In this document: positions 9,087 through 17,674 of the stretch, piece after piece | Numbering within the stretch: the first letter of the stretch is position 1 | Layout: each line of letters begins with the position of its first letter | Source of the DNA: Oculatellaceae cyanobacterium bins.114 | Lineage (GTDB): Bacteria; Cyanobacteriota; Cyanobacteriia; Elainellales; Elainellaceae | Direction: 5' to 3' | NCBI GenBank assembly: GCA_033764315.1 | Contig: JANRJA010000229.1 | Span: forward strand, 1 to 64,000 | Length of the DNA: 64,000 nucleotides | Notes under the pieces: model-generated | Databases searched by the model: none | The model's input: only the letters and a program-made list of their open reading frames with translations | What the model was told of the DNA's origin: nothing | Program-made: the position numbers and the translations under genes

Positions 9087-10172
9087 TCAGTTTACAGGGA
9101 GCCTGTGGGGTTCTGGCGGTGGGGTAAAGACTAACTGGTCAAATAGTCGTCGTCTCAGTCGGTGGGTGTCGCCATGCAACAGGTGTGCTTCCCAACTTTG
9201 GAGACGCTGCACTATATCTGAGAGTGATAGTTCTCCAGCTGTATAACCTCGCTGTAATTGACGGCAGCGATCGCGCGATCGCCTTAGGTTATCGTTACGC
9301 ACTCGAATGCGGTCGGGCAACACTCGAAAGCCTACAAAGTTAGCCCCGTGTCGAGTCTCAAAGAGTTGAGTTTTGACTGGGTGCAGCCTTAACCGTAGTG
9401 TAGCCAGATAGTCTACGATCGCCAGTCGTGCCTCTTCTAGGAAGGAGCGATCGCTTGAAAATAAAGCAAAATCATCGACATAGCGCAGATACTTTTGGGC
9501 ATGGAGTTGTTCTTTAACAAAATGGTCAAAGCCACTCAGGTAGAGATTGGCAAAGAACTGACTGGTGAGGTTGCCGATGGGTAGCCCTTTGCGCCGCTGA
9601 ATTGGGGTTAGCAGATTGTCGTGGGGAAAGTATTCTACGTCTTCGCCCTGGTCATTGCTATTGTCGATGATGCGATCGCTTAACCACAGTGTGTCTGGGC
9701 ACTTGATCTTACGCCGTAGCATCTCCTTCAGAATGGCGAGGTCAATACTTGGGAAATATTTGCGGATATCGCATTGCAACACATAGCGACTGCTGCGAGC
9801 AAAGTCTGTGAACCGAGTCAAGGCACGATGAGTACCATACCCCTTGCGATTGGCGTAGGTATCGTGAATGAATGTGCACTCGATCAAAGGGATAATGACA
9901 TTGCAGAGGGCGTGATGCACCACTCTGTCACGATAAGGTGCTGCCGAAATTAACCGCGACTTTGGATCTCGAATCACGAAGGTTTTATAGCCGCCCGGTG
10001 TATAGGTTTTCTGCCGCAGCTCTGTTTGCAGCTTTAACAGTTCATTCTCCAGGTTGTAGTTAAATGCCAATACGCTGGAGCGATATCGTTTGCCCTGCTG
10101 CGCTTGCTGCGACGCTTGCAGGAGATTTTCAAAATCCGTTATCTGCGACCACAAATTGCCATAGCGTTTCAT
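9087..10172 (-). CDS. DGR reverse transcriptase
   Basis: [34 protein letters not shown] (SQ motif typical of DGR RTs) and YLRYVDDF; no maturase or endonuclease extension; flanked by avd and the TR. Confidence 0.95.
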   Translation of the reverse strand: MKRYGNLWSQITDFENLLQASQQAQQGKRYRSSVLAFNYNLENELLKLQTELRQKTYTPGGYKTFVIRDPKSRLISAAPYRDRVVHHALCNVIIPLIECTFIHDTYANRKGYGTHRALTRFTDFARSSRYVLQCDIRKYFPSIDLAILKEMLRRKIKCPDTLWLSDRIIDNSNDQGEDVEYFPHDNLLTPIQRRKGLPIGNLTSQFFANLYLSGFDHFVKEQLHAQKYLRYVDDFALFSSDRSFLEEARLAIVDYLATLRLRLHPVKTQLFETRHGANFVGFRVLPDRIRVRNDNLRRSRDRCRQLQRGYTAGELSLSDIVQRLQSWEAHLLHGDTHRLRRRLFDQLVFTPPPEPHRLPVN

Positions 10173-10507
10173 ACAGCTTGCTGTTGCTTAATCCAACTGC
10201 CCAGATCCATCCCGATACTGTTGATGGACTGCCCTGCGTACCCGTAACGACGAGCAGACAAAATCTGAAAGTCTAGCAATAGCCGGGTTTGATGGCGCAA
10301 TACTTCTAACCGAATGTTGAGCGCTTTCAGCTGAGGCAATTTCTCTTTGGTATAACGAACTTGAATAAAACCCTCCAGTAAGTCATACAGACCTGCAATA
10401 ATTCGTTCTCCCAAAGCAAATTTATGGTCACGCGGCAGCCGATTCAAGATGGGCACATACCACTTAATTAGATCGTAGGTCTTTTGAATAATCGGCAGAT
10501 CGCTCAA
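10169..10507 (-). CDS. avd: DGR accessory variability determinant Avd (four-helix bundle)
   Basis: [35 protein letters not shown]...[10 protein letters not shown]; stop overlaps the RT ATG. The TTG at 10507 is the probable start, because the ORF-track start (10606) lies inside a REP. Confidence 0.9.
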   Translation of the reverse strand: MSDLPIIQKTYDLIKWYVPILNRLPRDHKFALGERIIAGLYDLLEGFIQVRYTKEKLPQLKALNIRLEVLRHQTRLLLDFQILSARRYGYAGQSINSIGMDLGSWIKQQQAV

Positions 10508-10600
10508 AGTAGGGTTCTCATTCACAATGACGCTACTCTTACCAAATTCCTCACCATGAATGCTGGAAGTACAGAATGTATTCGGTTTTGAGGCAGATTC

Positions 10601-10697
10601 CGTCATTCCCGTGAAACGGTTCGGTCATTCCCGTGAAAACGGGAATCCACTTCTAAGTATCCTATTTATTTGGATTCCCACCTGCGCGGGAATGACG
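10601..10697. repeat. REP-like inverted doublet plus a half-copy
   Basis: gtcattcccgtgaaaacgggaatccac at 10624-10650 and tggattcccacctgcgcgggaatgacg at 10671-10697. Confidence 0.85.
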
Positions 10698-10774
10698 GGG
10701 AGATAGCCAAAATCGCAAAAAAAATTCGAGGCGCTCTGCGCCAAAAAGAGTAAGAGGGTAAAAGAGAGAAAGGG

Positions 10775-11635
10775 TTAACTAAGAGCCCTGGGGAAACTAC
10801 AGACAACCCGAAAACCAAGGCTGTAGTCGGTAGCGGGCGGGTCGTTGACGAAGCGAGAGGCAGAACGGCAACTCCTCGGATTGAGGCCCCAGGAACCGCC
10901 GCGTATCACTCGTCTTGCATTCTCATCTTCACTCAACCAGGCACTTCCATCAGTGGGTGCCCCCTCATAGTTATCATGCCAATGATCTTGACACCATTCC
11001 CAGACGTTGCCATGCATGTCGCACAGCCCAAACGCATTGGCGCTGCTAAAATGGTCTACCGGAGTTGTTTCTTGTCGATATTCACCTTTAGGACCTTGCC
11101 CGTAAGAACCTGACCATTTATATTTTTCGTTATCTGTTCCTCGATAATTTGCCACCTCTGTTGTGATCGTCTCTCCAAAGTGAAACGGGGTTGTGGTGCC
11201 CGCTCGACAGGCATATTCCCATTCCGCTTCGCTCGGTAGCCGATAACTGCGTCCGGTGTAGTGGGAAAGGCGGGCACAGAACTCGACCGCATCGTACCAG
11301 CTCACCCGCTCTACTGGACGGTTGTCACCCTTGAACTGTGAGGGATCAGCCTTCAGTTCTCGCTCTGCTTGCGGTAGCCCTGCCACAAATCGCCATTGGG
11401 CTTGAGTGATGGGGTATTTGCCCATGCAAAAGGCACTCACGCTCACCTCATGCTGGGGTCCTTCATGCTCCATCCGCTCAGGTTCATCCTCTGGCGAACC
11501 CATCATAAAGGTGCCTGCTGGAATCAGCATCATTTTAAGTGCCAGGTGATTGCCCAATGGTTCATTAAAAAACTGGGCAGTTCCCTGCCGTTGCAGATAG
11601 GTGAGTTTTGGCAGTGGATCTGAAATGGCAGCCAT
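10775..11635 (-). CDS. DGR target 2: stand-alone FGE-sulfatase (C-type lectin fold) domain protein
   Basis: Same FGE motifs as target 1; the C-terminus carries VR2. Confidence 0.92.
   Translation of the reverse strand: MAAISDPLPKLTYLQRQGTAQFFNEPLGNHLALKMMLIPAGTFMMGSPEDEPERMEHEGPQHEVSVSAFCMGKYPITQAQWRFVAGLPQAERELKADPSQFKGDNRPVERVSWYDAVEFCARLSHYTGRSYRLPSEAEWEYACRAGTTTPFHFGETITTEVANYRGTDNEKYKWSGSYGQGPKGEYRQETTPVDHFSSANAFGLCDMHGNVWEWCQDHWHDNYEGAPTDGSAWLSEDENARRVIRGGSWGLNPRSCRSASRFVNDPPATDYSLGFRVVCSFPRALS
10788..10903 (-). repeat. DGR variable repeat VR2
   Basis: 116-bp match to the TR with 17 mismatches by manual alignment, 16 at TR adenines. Confidence 0.95.
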
Positions 11636-11659
11636 CGTTTTTCATACAGTAATTTCTTC

Positions 11660-11825
11660 CGTCATTCCCGTGAAAACGGGAATCCACCTCTATGTATCCT
11701 AATTGATCTGGATTCCCGCGCAGGCGGGAATGACAGCCATAAATTTCCTTCGTCATTCCCGTGAAAACGGGAATCCACAAAAAACCATTCCCACGTCCGT
11801 CATTCCCGTGAAAACGGGAATCCAC
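11660..11825. repeat. REP-like cluster (4 copies)
   Basis: cgtcattcccgtgaaaacgggaatccac at 11660, 11751 and 11798; an inverted variant at 11709-11734. Confidence 0.88.
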
Positions 11826-11842
11826 AAAAAACCAGCAAACCC

Positions 11843-12154
11843 TTAACCAGTAGTCCCCTCCTCCCCAAAAACCGTCACCCACAAATCCAACCACTCAGGG
11901 TTTGCCTCCTCAATCAACGCAATCTTCCAAGCTCGATTCCACTTTTTGAGCTGCTTTTCACGCTGAATCGCTGTAGCTATGTCACTATGCTGCTCAAAAT
12001 AGACGAGGCAGTGAATGCTATAGCGCTTTGTGAACCCATCAACCAGATCATTGCGATGTTCCCAAACCCTTTTAATCAGATCGCTGGTTACTCCAATATA
12101 AAGGGTTCCATTACGCCGGCTTGCCATGATGTAGATGGCAGGCTGTTTGTTCAT
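11843..12154 (-). CDS. Small GIY-YIG nuclease family protein (UPF0213-like)
   Basis: IYIMASRRNGTLYIGVTSDLIKRVWEH and AIQREKQLKKWNRAWK motifs. Confidence 0.9.
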   Translation of the reverse strand: MNKQPAIYIMASRRNGTLYIGVTSDLIKRVWEHRNDLVDGFTKRYSIHCLVYFEQHSDIATAIQREKQLKKWNRAWKIALIEEANPEWLDLWVTVFGEEGTTG

Positions 12155-12191
12155 GTTTATAGATGTTAAATGTTGGGGTTATTAAGTTTAT

Positions 12192-12255
12192 AGATTCCCA
12201 TTTTCATGGGAATGACAGCCGTAAATTGTTGGATTCCCGCGTCGGCGGGAATGAC
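12192..12255. repeat. REP-like pair
   Basis: agattcccattttcatgggaatgac and tggattcccgcgtcggcgggaatgac. Confidence 0.85.
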
Positions 12256-12383
12256 AGGGAAAAGGGCGCAAGAATGATTGGAAGATAGCCAAAATAGCAA
12301 AAAATTCGAGGCGCTTTGCGCCCAAGACAGTAAGAGAGTAAGAGGGTAAAAGAGAAAGGGCTTCGACAAGCTCAGCCCAAGGG

Positions 12384-15188
12384 TTAGCTAAGAGCCCTGG
12401 GGAAACTACAGACAACTCGAAAACCAAAGCTGACGTAGGTAACGCGCGGGGAGTAAAAGTTGCGAGTGGCAGAACGGCAATTCCTCGGAATGAAGTCCCA
12501 GGAACCGCCGCGTATTACTCGTGCAGCATCCTCGTCTTCACTCAACCAGGCGCTGCCATCCGTGGGTGCTCCCTCATAGGTGTCATGCCAGTGATCCTGG
12601 CACCACTCCCACACATTCCCATGCATATCCGATAATCCCCAGGCATTGGCAACCTCAAAGTGGTCTACTGGGGTTGTTTTTTCCCGGTATTCACCTTTTG
12701 GTCCGCCATTATAAGCTTCGGTTCCTCGATAGTTGGCGAGTTCAGGGCTAATAGTTTCGCCAAAGTGAAATGGGGTTGTTCTTCCAGCCCGACATGCATA
12801 TTCCCATTCAGCCTCAGTTGGTAAGCGGTATAAGTTTCCACTGTGGCGAGAGAGGCGATCGCAAAACTCCACGGCATCGTACCAACTCACTTGAGTAACA
12901 GGATGGTCAAGCTCCCCAAACTGCTTAGCTAGTGCGGGGTCTAGTGCTCGATTGATCTCAGGTAGCAGAGTCGCTACAGCTTGCCACTGCGCCTGTGTAA
13001 TTGGGAATCGCCCTATAAAGAACGGTTCAATTGTCACTTCATGTTGGGGAGACTCGCTCGATTGGCAATCGGGTTCATTGTCAGGCGACCCCATCAAAAA
13101 TGTTCCTCCAGGGATCGAAACCATTTCAAGCAAGATGCTTCTGGGGAGGCTTAGCGTTTCAAAGAAGTGATATCCGTGTCCTTCTTGATGGCGGATCACC
13201 CATTCAGGGGTACTACCATACCTGGCAGTGCCATCATACCTGGCGGTGCCATCATGCTTAATGGTGCCATCACGTTGGATAGTATCATTGCGCTGGAGAG
13301 TGGCAACAATAAAGTTAAAGGGCTGTACGTCGATGGAAGTGGCATCTCTGTCTGGTTCAATAACGATGGTGGTTATTGTAAACTCGTCGGTTTGAATGGG
13401 TGGGAAGTCTTCCCCCAGTTCAGGCTCTGCTTCAAGGTCTATAAAGCGAGCGGTTCTAAAGTTGAGCACCTTTAGCTCTGGATCGGCTGCACTAGAATCA
13501 ATCGGTTGAATCCAGTCAGAATAGCCCTGAGCATCTTGCTCCACTAACTGAGCCAGCTCAGCATAGTCGCCGCCCAAGCGATGAAGAACCTCTGTCGCAA
13601 CCTGGGCAAAGGGCAAAATGGCATCTTTTGCTGCTTTACTCCAGGCAGATTTTGGGGAGAGCAGCGCCGTAAAGCTCTTGATTTCAAAACCCAGCGTTCT
13701 AGCAATGCGCTGAGATAGGGCTTCCAGTACCCCCAGAGTTTCATCTAATGGCGTAGTCTCATTCAACACCTTCCGAACATCTTCGACAAAGTCGTATTGC
13801 GTAGAGGTATCCAGCGTTGATTGACCTGGTTTTACATTTTTGGGCTTAACGGCTTCTAATAGCCCACTCGAATACACCTCGGCAATATGCACGGGCTGCA
13901 CATCTGGCAATAATTCTTGCTGAATCAGATGCACGACGGGCAACTCTACCGGAACTGCTGCCATCAGACTAGCTAAGTGTTGAGCCAGGGGAGAGGCAGT
14001 CGCTTTGAACAGTTCTACTCGTTCTTTCGCAGATTTCGGGTGAATCACTGCCCTGGATCGATCCCGGTCTGGATCTTTCACCCACGATAGGTCAAACAGG
14101 CGAGCCGGAGACCGCTGCCGACCCGCTGCCGCTATGACCAATGCCCACTGCTTCAGCGCACTAGGAACTAGCGTCACAATTGGGACTGTCAATCCATCCA
14201 CCGGGGCAATTTCAGTGCGAATTGGCAGTTCTCTAACGTGCAGTTTTGAATTGGGGGCACCAGGGATCAGGGAACCAACCTGCACAGCAAACCCTACATC
14301 CAGTTCACTTTCGCTCCACAGCCGTTCGGGTAACAGTTGGGCGATCGCCGCTGGTCCGTGCTGGCTCCAGAGGGCTAACCAGTCATGGATCTGTCCGCGT
14401 TTCCAGATTTGAGATCGGCAGTCGCTGATCAATAGCACTAACCGCCGCCCCGATGTATCAACCAGCTCTTTATGGCTTCGTAACGGTTGGTCTAGCTCCG
14501 TGTCTGTCTGTTTCTGCTTTTTAGCTACCAGTTCAGGTTGCCCTGTAGCCCCCTCGCGGACATACCAGGTTCGGACATTCCGAAAAGCACCCTGGCATTC
14601 CACCAACTGTTGAAATTCATCCAGGGTATCTTGCCAAATAAAGCTAAATTGATTGGCTTCAATCACTAACTCCAGGTCAAACCAGCGTTCGGGTGAGGGT
14701 TGGAGAACCGGCACCCAGATATCTCGCTCGGCAATGCGGTTAACGGTGGCAATTTCATCGAGTTCTAATCGGGTCAATGACGGCACCTTTCGCATCAAAG
14801 GACGCAGCGATCGCCCAATGTCACGCGGGTTGGGCAGAGCAGGGGCAGCCTGGACTTGAATGGGCAAGCCCTGTTCTGGTGTTTCGACAGAGGATGGCTC
14901 AGGCTTAGCCCTCTGGGGCATATAGGCAGAAACAAAGGGCTGGGGTTCTACTGGCGGCGTGTTGTCATCAATGATCTGAATCGATGCTCCTGCACCAGAA
15001 TCCTCTGATCCGTCTGACTCATCCATTGGATCAATGTCGTAAGCGCCACCCATTTTAGACGCTAACCAGAGCGCATCGGCAATGTCTTCGTCGTGCAACA
15101 CCGACTGTGCCTCACTAAAGGCTGCAATCTCCTGATCGCTCAGAAGCAGACTATTTTGCTGCAACATCGCGATGAGGCGATCGATCAT
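12384..15188 (-). CDS. DGR target 3: vWA-like (SAV_2336 N-terminal-type) protein fused to a C-terminal FGE-sulfatase/C-type lectin domain
   Basis: DIADALWLA, LRPLMRKVPS, LDEIATVNRIAE, LVLLISDCRS and QLLPERLW motifs of the MoxR-associated vWA-like family; C-terminal FGE domain with VR3; start overlaps the MoxR stop. Confidence 0.88.
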   Translation of the reverse strand: MIDRLIAMLQQNSLLLSDQEIAAFSEAQSVLHDEDIADALWLASKMGGAYDIDPMDESDGSEDSGAGASIQIIDDNTPPVEPQPFVSAYMPQRAKPEPSSVETPEQGLPIQVQAAPALPNPRDIGRSLRPLMRKVPSLTRLELDEIATVNRIAERDIWVPVLQPSPERWFDLELVIEANQFSFIWQDTLDEFQQLVECQGAFRNVRTWYVREGATGQPELVAKKQKQTDTELDQPLRSHKELVDTSGRRLVLLISDCRSQIWKRGQIHDWLALWSQHGPAAIAQLLPERLWSESELDVGFAVQVGSLIPGAPNSKLHVRELPIRTEIAPVDGLTVPIVTLVPSALKQWALVIAAAGRQRSPARLFDLSWVKDPDRDRSRAVIHPKSAKERVELFKATASPLAQHLASLMAAVPVELPVVHLIQQELLPDVQPVHIAEVYSSGLLEAVKPKNVKPGQSTLDTSTQYDFVEDVRKVLNETTPLDETLGVLEALSQRIARTLGFEIKSFTALLSPKSAWSKAAKDAILPFAQVATEVLHRLGGDYAELAQLVEQDAQGYSDWIQPIDSSAADPELKVLNFRTARFIDLEAEPELGEDFPPIQTDEFTITTIVIEPDRDATSIDVQPFNFIVATLQRNDTIQRDGTIKHDGTARYDGTARYGSTPEWVIRHQEGHGYHFFETLSLPRSILLEMVSIPGGTFLMGSPDNEPDCQSSESPQHEVTIEPFFIGRFPITQAQWQAVATLLPEINRALDPALAKQFGELDHPVTQVSWYDAVEFCDRLSRHSGNLYRLPTEAEWEYACRAGRTTPFHFGETISPELANYRGTEAYNGGPKGEYREKTTPVDHFEVANAWGLSDMHGNVWEWCQDHWHDTYEGAPTDGSAWLSEDEDAARVIRGGSWDFIPRNCRSATRNFYSPRVTYVSFGFRVVCSFPRALS
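12397..12512 (-). repeat. DGR variable repeat VR3
   Basis: 116-bp match to the TR with 18 mismatches by manual alignment, 15 at TR adenines. Confidence 0.93.
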
Positions 15189-16282
15189 TTGCCCTTAGCC
15201 TCCGACGAACGATTTTTAGGCTTGACCTCTAATGCCCGATCTAACGGTGCAAGTAGGTGGTCAAGCAAGCTCTCTTTTTCGTCGCCTACCCAGTCGCGCT
15301 GGCGAATAATCATAAACAGGGCATTCAACAGTTGATCGGTAGAAAGTTGCTCTCTTCCTTTATCTCGACGTTTAAGAAACTGATCAATCAACTCGCTGAC
15401 CTGACTGTCTGAAAGATTGCATTGCTCTAGATGGGCTTTGATAATGCGCTCTAGCTGAACGCGATCGGGGTCGCGCATATTGAGCCGCAAACAACGACGC
15501 AGAAAAGCAGGCGGAAAATCGCGTTCACCATTACTGGTCAAAATCACCAGAGGAAACTCCTGGCAGGTGATTCGGCCACCGCGAATTTTAACTTTTTTTT
15601 CTGCGTAGGTGGTTTCGGCTTCGTCGGTATAGGCTGTGCGTACCTTGACGACGATTGGCTCAGTTTTTTGATTGGGGTCATCCGTATCTTTTTCCAGTCG
15701 CGCCAACTCTGGGATCTCAAACCGACCTTCCTCAAAGATAGTCAGCAGGTCATTCGGTAGATCAATATCACTTTTATCAATCTCATCAATAATCAGCACA
15801 CGGGGTTTAGGTGACTCCAGCAGAGCAGTTCCCAGAGGTCCCAGGGTAATGTAGTCGGCTATTTTTTGTGGGTCTTCGGTGTAGTCCCCTTTCGCTTCAG
15901 ACTGCTTGACCTCTTGCAGACGACCAATGGCATCGTAGGTGTAAAGACCATCCTTCAGCGTGGTACGGGTAGTAATGGGCCAATAGAGGACCTCCCCTAG
16001 CTTCAACTCATGAGCCACCGAATACGCTAGAGAAGATTTACCCGTCCCCGGTTTGCCGGTAATCAGCAGCGGTCGCCGCAGGTACAGCGCCGCATTAACC
16101 ATCTCAATCTCTTCAGGCTGTGCCTGAAAGGTTTTACCCCGACGTTTGCGGCGACTAACACCTGGATTGGGGTCTTTACCAAAGGGTCGCCAGGGTGGGG
16201 CATCGGGCAAGTCGGCGATCGCGTCATGGGGTTCGCGGTTATCGCCTTGAAACAGCTTCCAGTCTTCGGGTGGGTTACTCAT
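15185..16282 (-). CDS. MoxR-family AAA+ ATPase
   Basis: Walker A GKPGTGKS, Walker B VLIIDEIDK, and TSNGERDFPPAFLRRC. Confidence 0.92.
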   Translation of the reverse strand: MSNPPEDWKLFQGDNREPHDAIADLPDAPPWRPFGKDPNPGVSRRKRRGKTFQAQPEEIEMVNAALYLRRPLLITGKPGTGKSSLAYSVAHELKLGEVLYWPITTRTTLKDGLYTYDAIGRLQEVKQSEAKGDYTEDPQKIADYITLGPLGTALLESPKPRVLIIDEIDKSDIDLPNDLLTIFEEGRFEIPELARLEKDTDDPNQKTEPIVVKVRTAYTDEAETTYAEKKVKIRGGRITCQEFPLVILTSNGERDFPPAFLRRCLRLNMRDPDRVQLERIIKAHLEQCNLSDSQVSELIDQFLKRRDKGREQLSTDQLLNALFMIIRQRDWVGDEKESLLDHLLAPLDRALEVKPKNRSSEAKGK

Positions 16283-16294
16283 GGAGTTCTCAAA

Positions 16295-17674
16295 TTAGGC
16301 AGACTTCGGGGGGACTAAATAAGGGTCATCCCATAGGAGAGATAAATGATGGCCAATATGGGCATCCACTGGTGCTTTACGGGCTTTTAGACGCTCTTCT
16401 TTAACCGTATGAAGCAAATTTCTGAGCTTGCATAAACTCAATATTCGAGCCAGCTCAGTCTCGTTAGTTGTGCTATTAAGATTTGAACGACCCCAGATAG
16501 CGATCGGTATGCCTACTTGTAAAAGTACTCCAAAGAGGCTATTTACCCCAACAGTAGTCGGAGCTTGCTTAACTTTCAAACCAACTGCCGTTTCCTCAAG
16601 TAGCTCGTAGTAAAGCGTTTCCAGGTCATCATCGTCCCCTTCAATGAAAGCATCACAAGCCATCTTCTCTAATAAAGACTTGTGCCGCTCCCACTTTTGC
16701 TTCCATATTTTCTCTTGCTTATAGCTGCGACTCCAGCGCTCTGTACATCGCAAAACCACCTTATACGGACGACCCAGGAGTGGTTTAACAGGTCCATCGT
16801 CATCTAATTGCCAAAGATCAACGTCATGATTCATCAGTTCTACAGGCAAGCAGACATGTAACTCTGGCTCATTATCAAACAAGTGGCTACTTTCAGTTAA
16901 AAATTGAGAAATGAGGTTGGGTAGTTCATGGGGCAAATTGGACTGTGCATAGGTTTCATCCCCTGTCATCCCAGCAATTATGAGGGGGCTGATACCTTGC
17001 TGATGAGCTTGATAGTCTTGAGTGTCGCGAATCAGCCACGCTTTAATCTGATAGTAAGTCTCAGACTGCGATTGGGTTGATGCTCCGTCACTACGGCTGA
17101 TGGCTATCAGCAAAGCCGTCTGAAGCTGTTGCGCCTGTTGCGCCTGTTGTGCCTCCTGCTGATTTACCTGTTGCAGTAAGGCAGCCCAGTCCTTATCTAG
17201 CTGTTGATCAATCCATTGCTGCAACGCTGCGATCGCACCTGCTTCTTGAAGCTCAGACACCAAGTAGGCAACGAACTCTTCCAATGCGTCATAGTCAAAT
17301 TGACCTTTAGGAATTCGTAATAACTGAGTAACAATCTCACCTGGCGTTGCAGGATCATGCTGAATCTTCCAACCTCGACGCTTCAAAACATTTAAATAAG
17401 TAGCCCGCAAAATATCCATCTTTTCCTGGATATCACTAGCTTGCAAAATCTCAATCAGATGCTCAATGTTTCGTTTACGGAGAGAACCTTTCAAGCTCTC
17501 GATTTCCTGATCAATCTGCTCAATTTGTTTGAACAACAGATGCAAACGGTTTTCGTACTGGTTCTTCAGTGTTATGTCAATGAGCGCGTCAAGTTCAGCT
17601 TGCACTTCATCAAGCTGTTTCTTATATTCAGAGCGTCGTGATTGCAAATACTCTAATTTAGGGTTACTACTCAT
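16295..17674 (-). CDS. VMAP-like (vWA-MoxR-associated) protein with an N-terminal helical effector-associated domain
   Basis: C-terminal LHVCLPVELMNHDVDLW, GIPIAIWGR and HLSLLWDDP motifs typical of VMAP-C; positioned directly upstream of moxR. Confidence 0.75.
   Translation of the reverse strand: MSSNPKLEYLQSRRSEYKKQLDEVQAELDALIDITLKNQYENRLHLLFKQIEQIDQEIESLKGSLRKRNIEHLIEILQASDIQEKMDILRATYLNVLKRRGWKIQHDPATPGEIVTQLLRIPKGQFDYDALEEFVAYLVSELQEAGAIAALQQWIDQQLDKDWAALLQQVNQQEAQQAQQAQQLQTALLIAISRSDGASTQSQSETYYQIKAWLIRDTQDYQAHQQGISPLIIAGMTGDETYAQSNLPHELPNLISQFLTESSHLFDNEPELHVCLPVELMNHDVDLWQLDDDGPVKPLLGRPYKVVLRCTERWSRSYKQEKIWKQKWERHKSLLEKMACDAFIEGDDDDLETLYYELLEETAVGLKVKQAPTTVGVNSLFGVLLQVGIPIAIWGRSNLNSTTNETELARILSLCKLRNLLHTVKEERLKARKAPVDAHIGHHLSLLWDDPYLVPPKSA

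Noticed and set aside
9087-10172. RT as a group II intron, retron or CRISPR-associated RT
   Set aside because: No maturase/endonuclease or Cas1 fusion; the SQ motif, adjacent avd and adenine-specific TR/VR pairs identify a DGR RT.
8901-12255. Palindromic ~27-bp repeats as a CRISPR array belonging to the nearby cas genes
   Set aside because: Copies occur in both orientations with irregular spacing and no run of unique, uniform spacers; this fits REP-type elements. No CRISPR array was found in the window.
11565-12427. Short ORFs 11565-11894, 12166-12369 and 12188-12427 (and 8870-9127)
   Set aside because: They translate REP palindromes (DSRFHGND / VIPADAGI-type peptides) or overlap real genes.
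7714-15188. FGE-domain proteins as true formylglycine-generating enzymes
   Set aside because: They lack the catalytic Cys pair of FGE (only CRSA is present), the corresponding region is the hypervariable VR, and no sulfatase gene is nearby.
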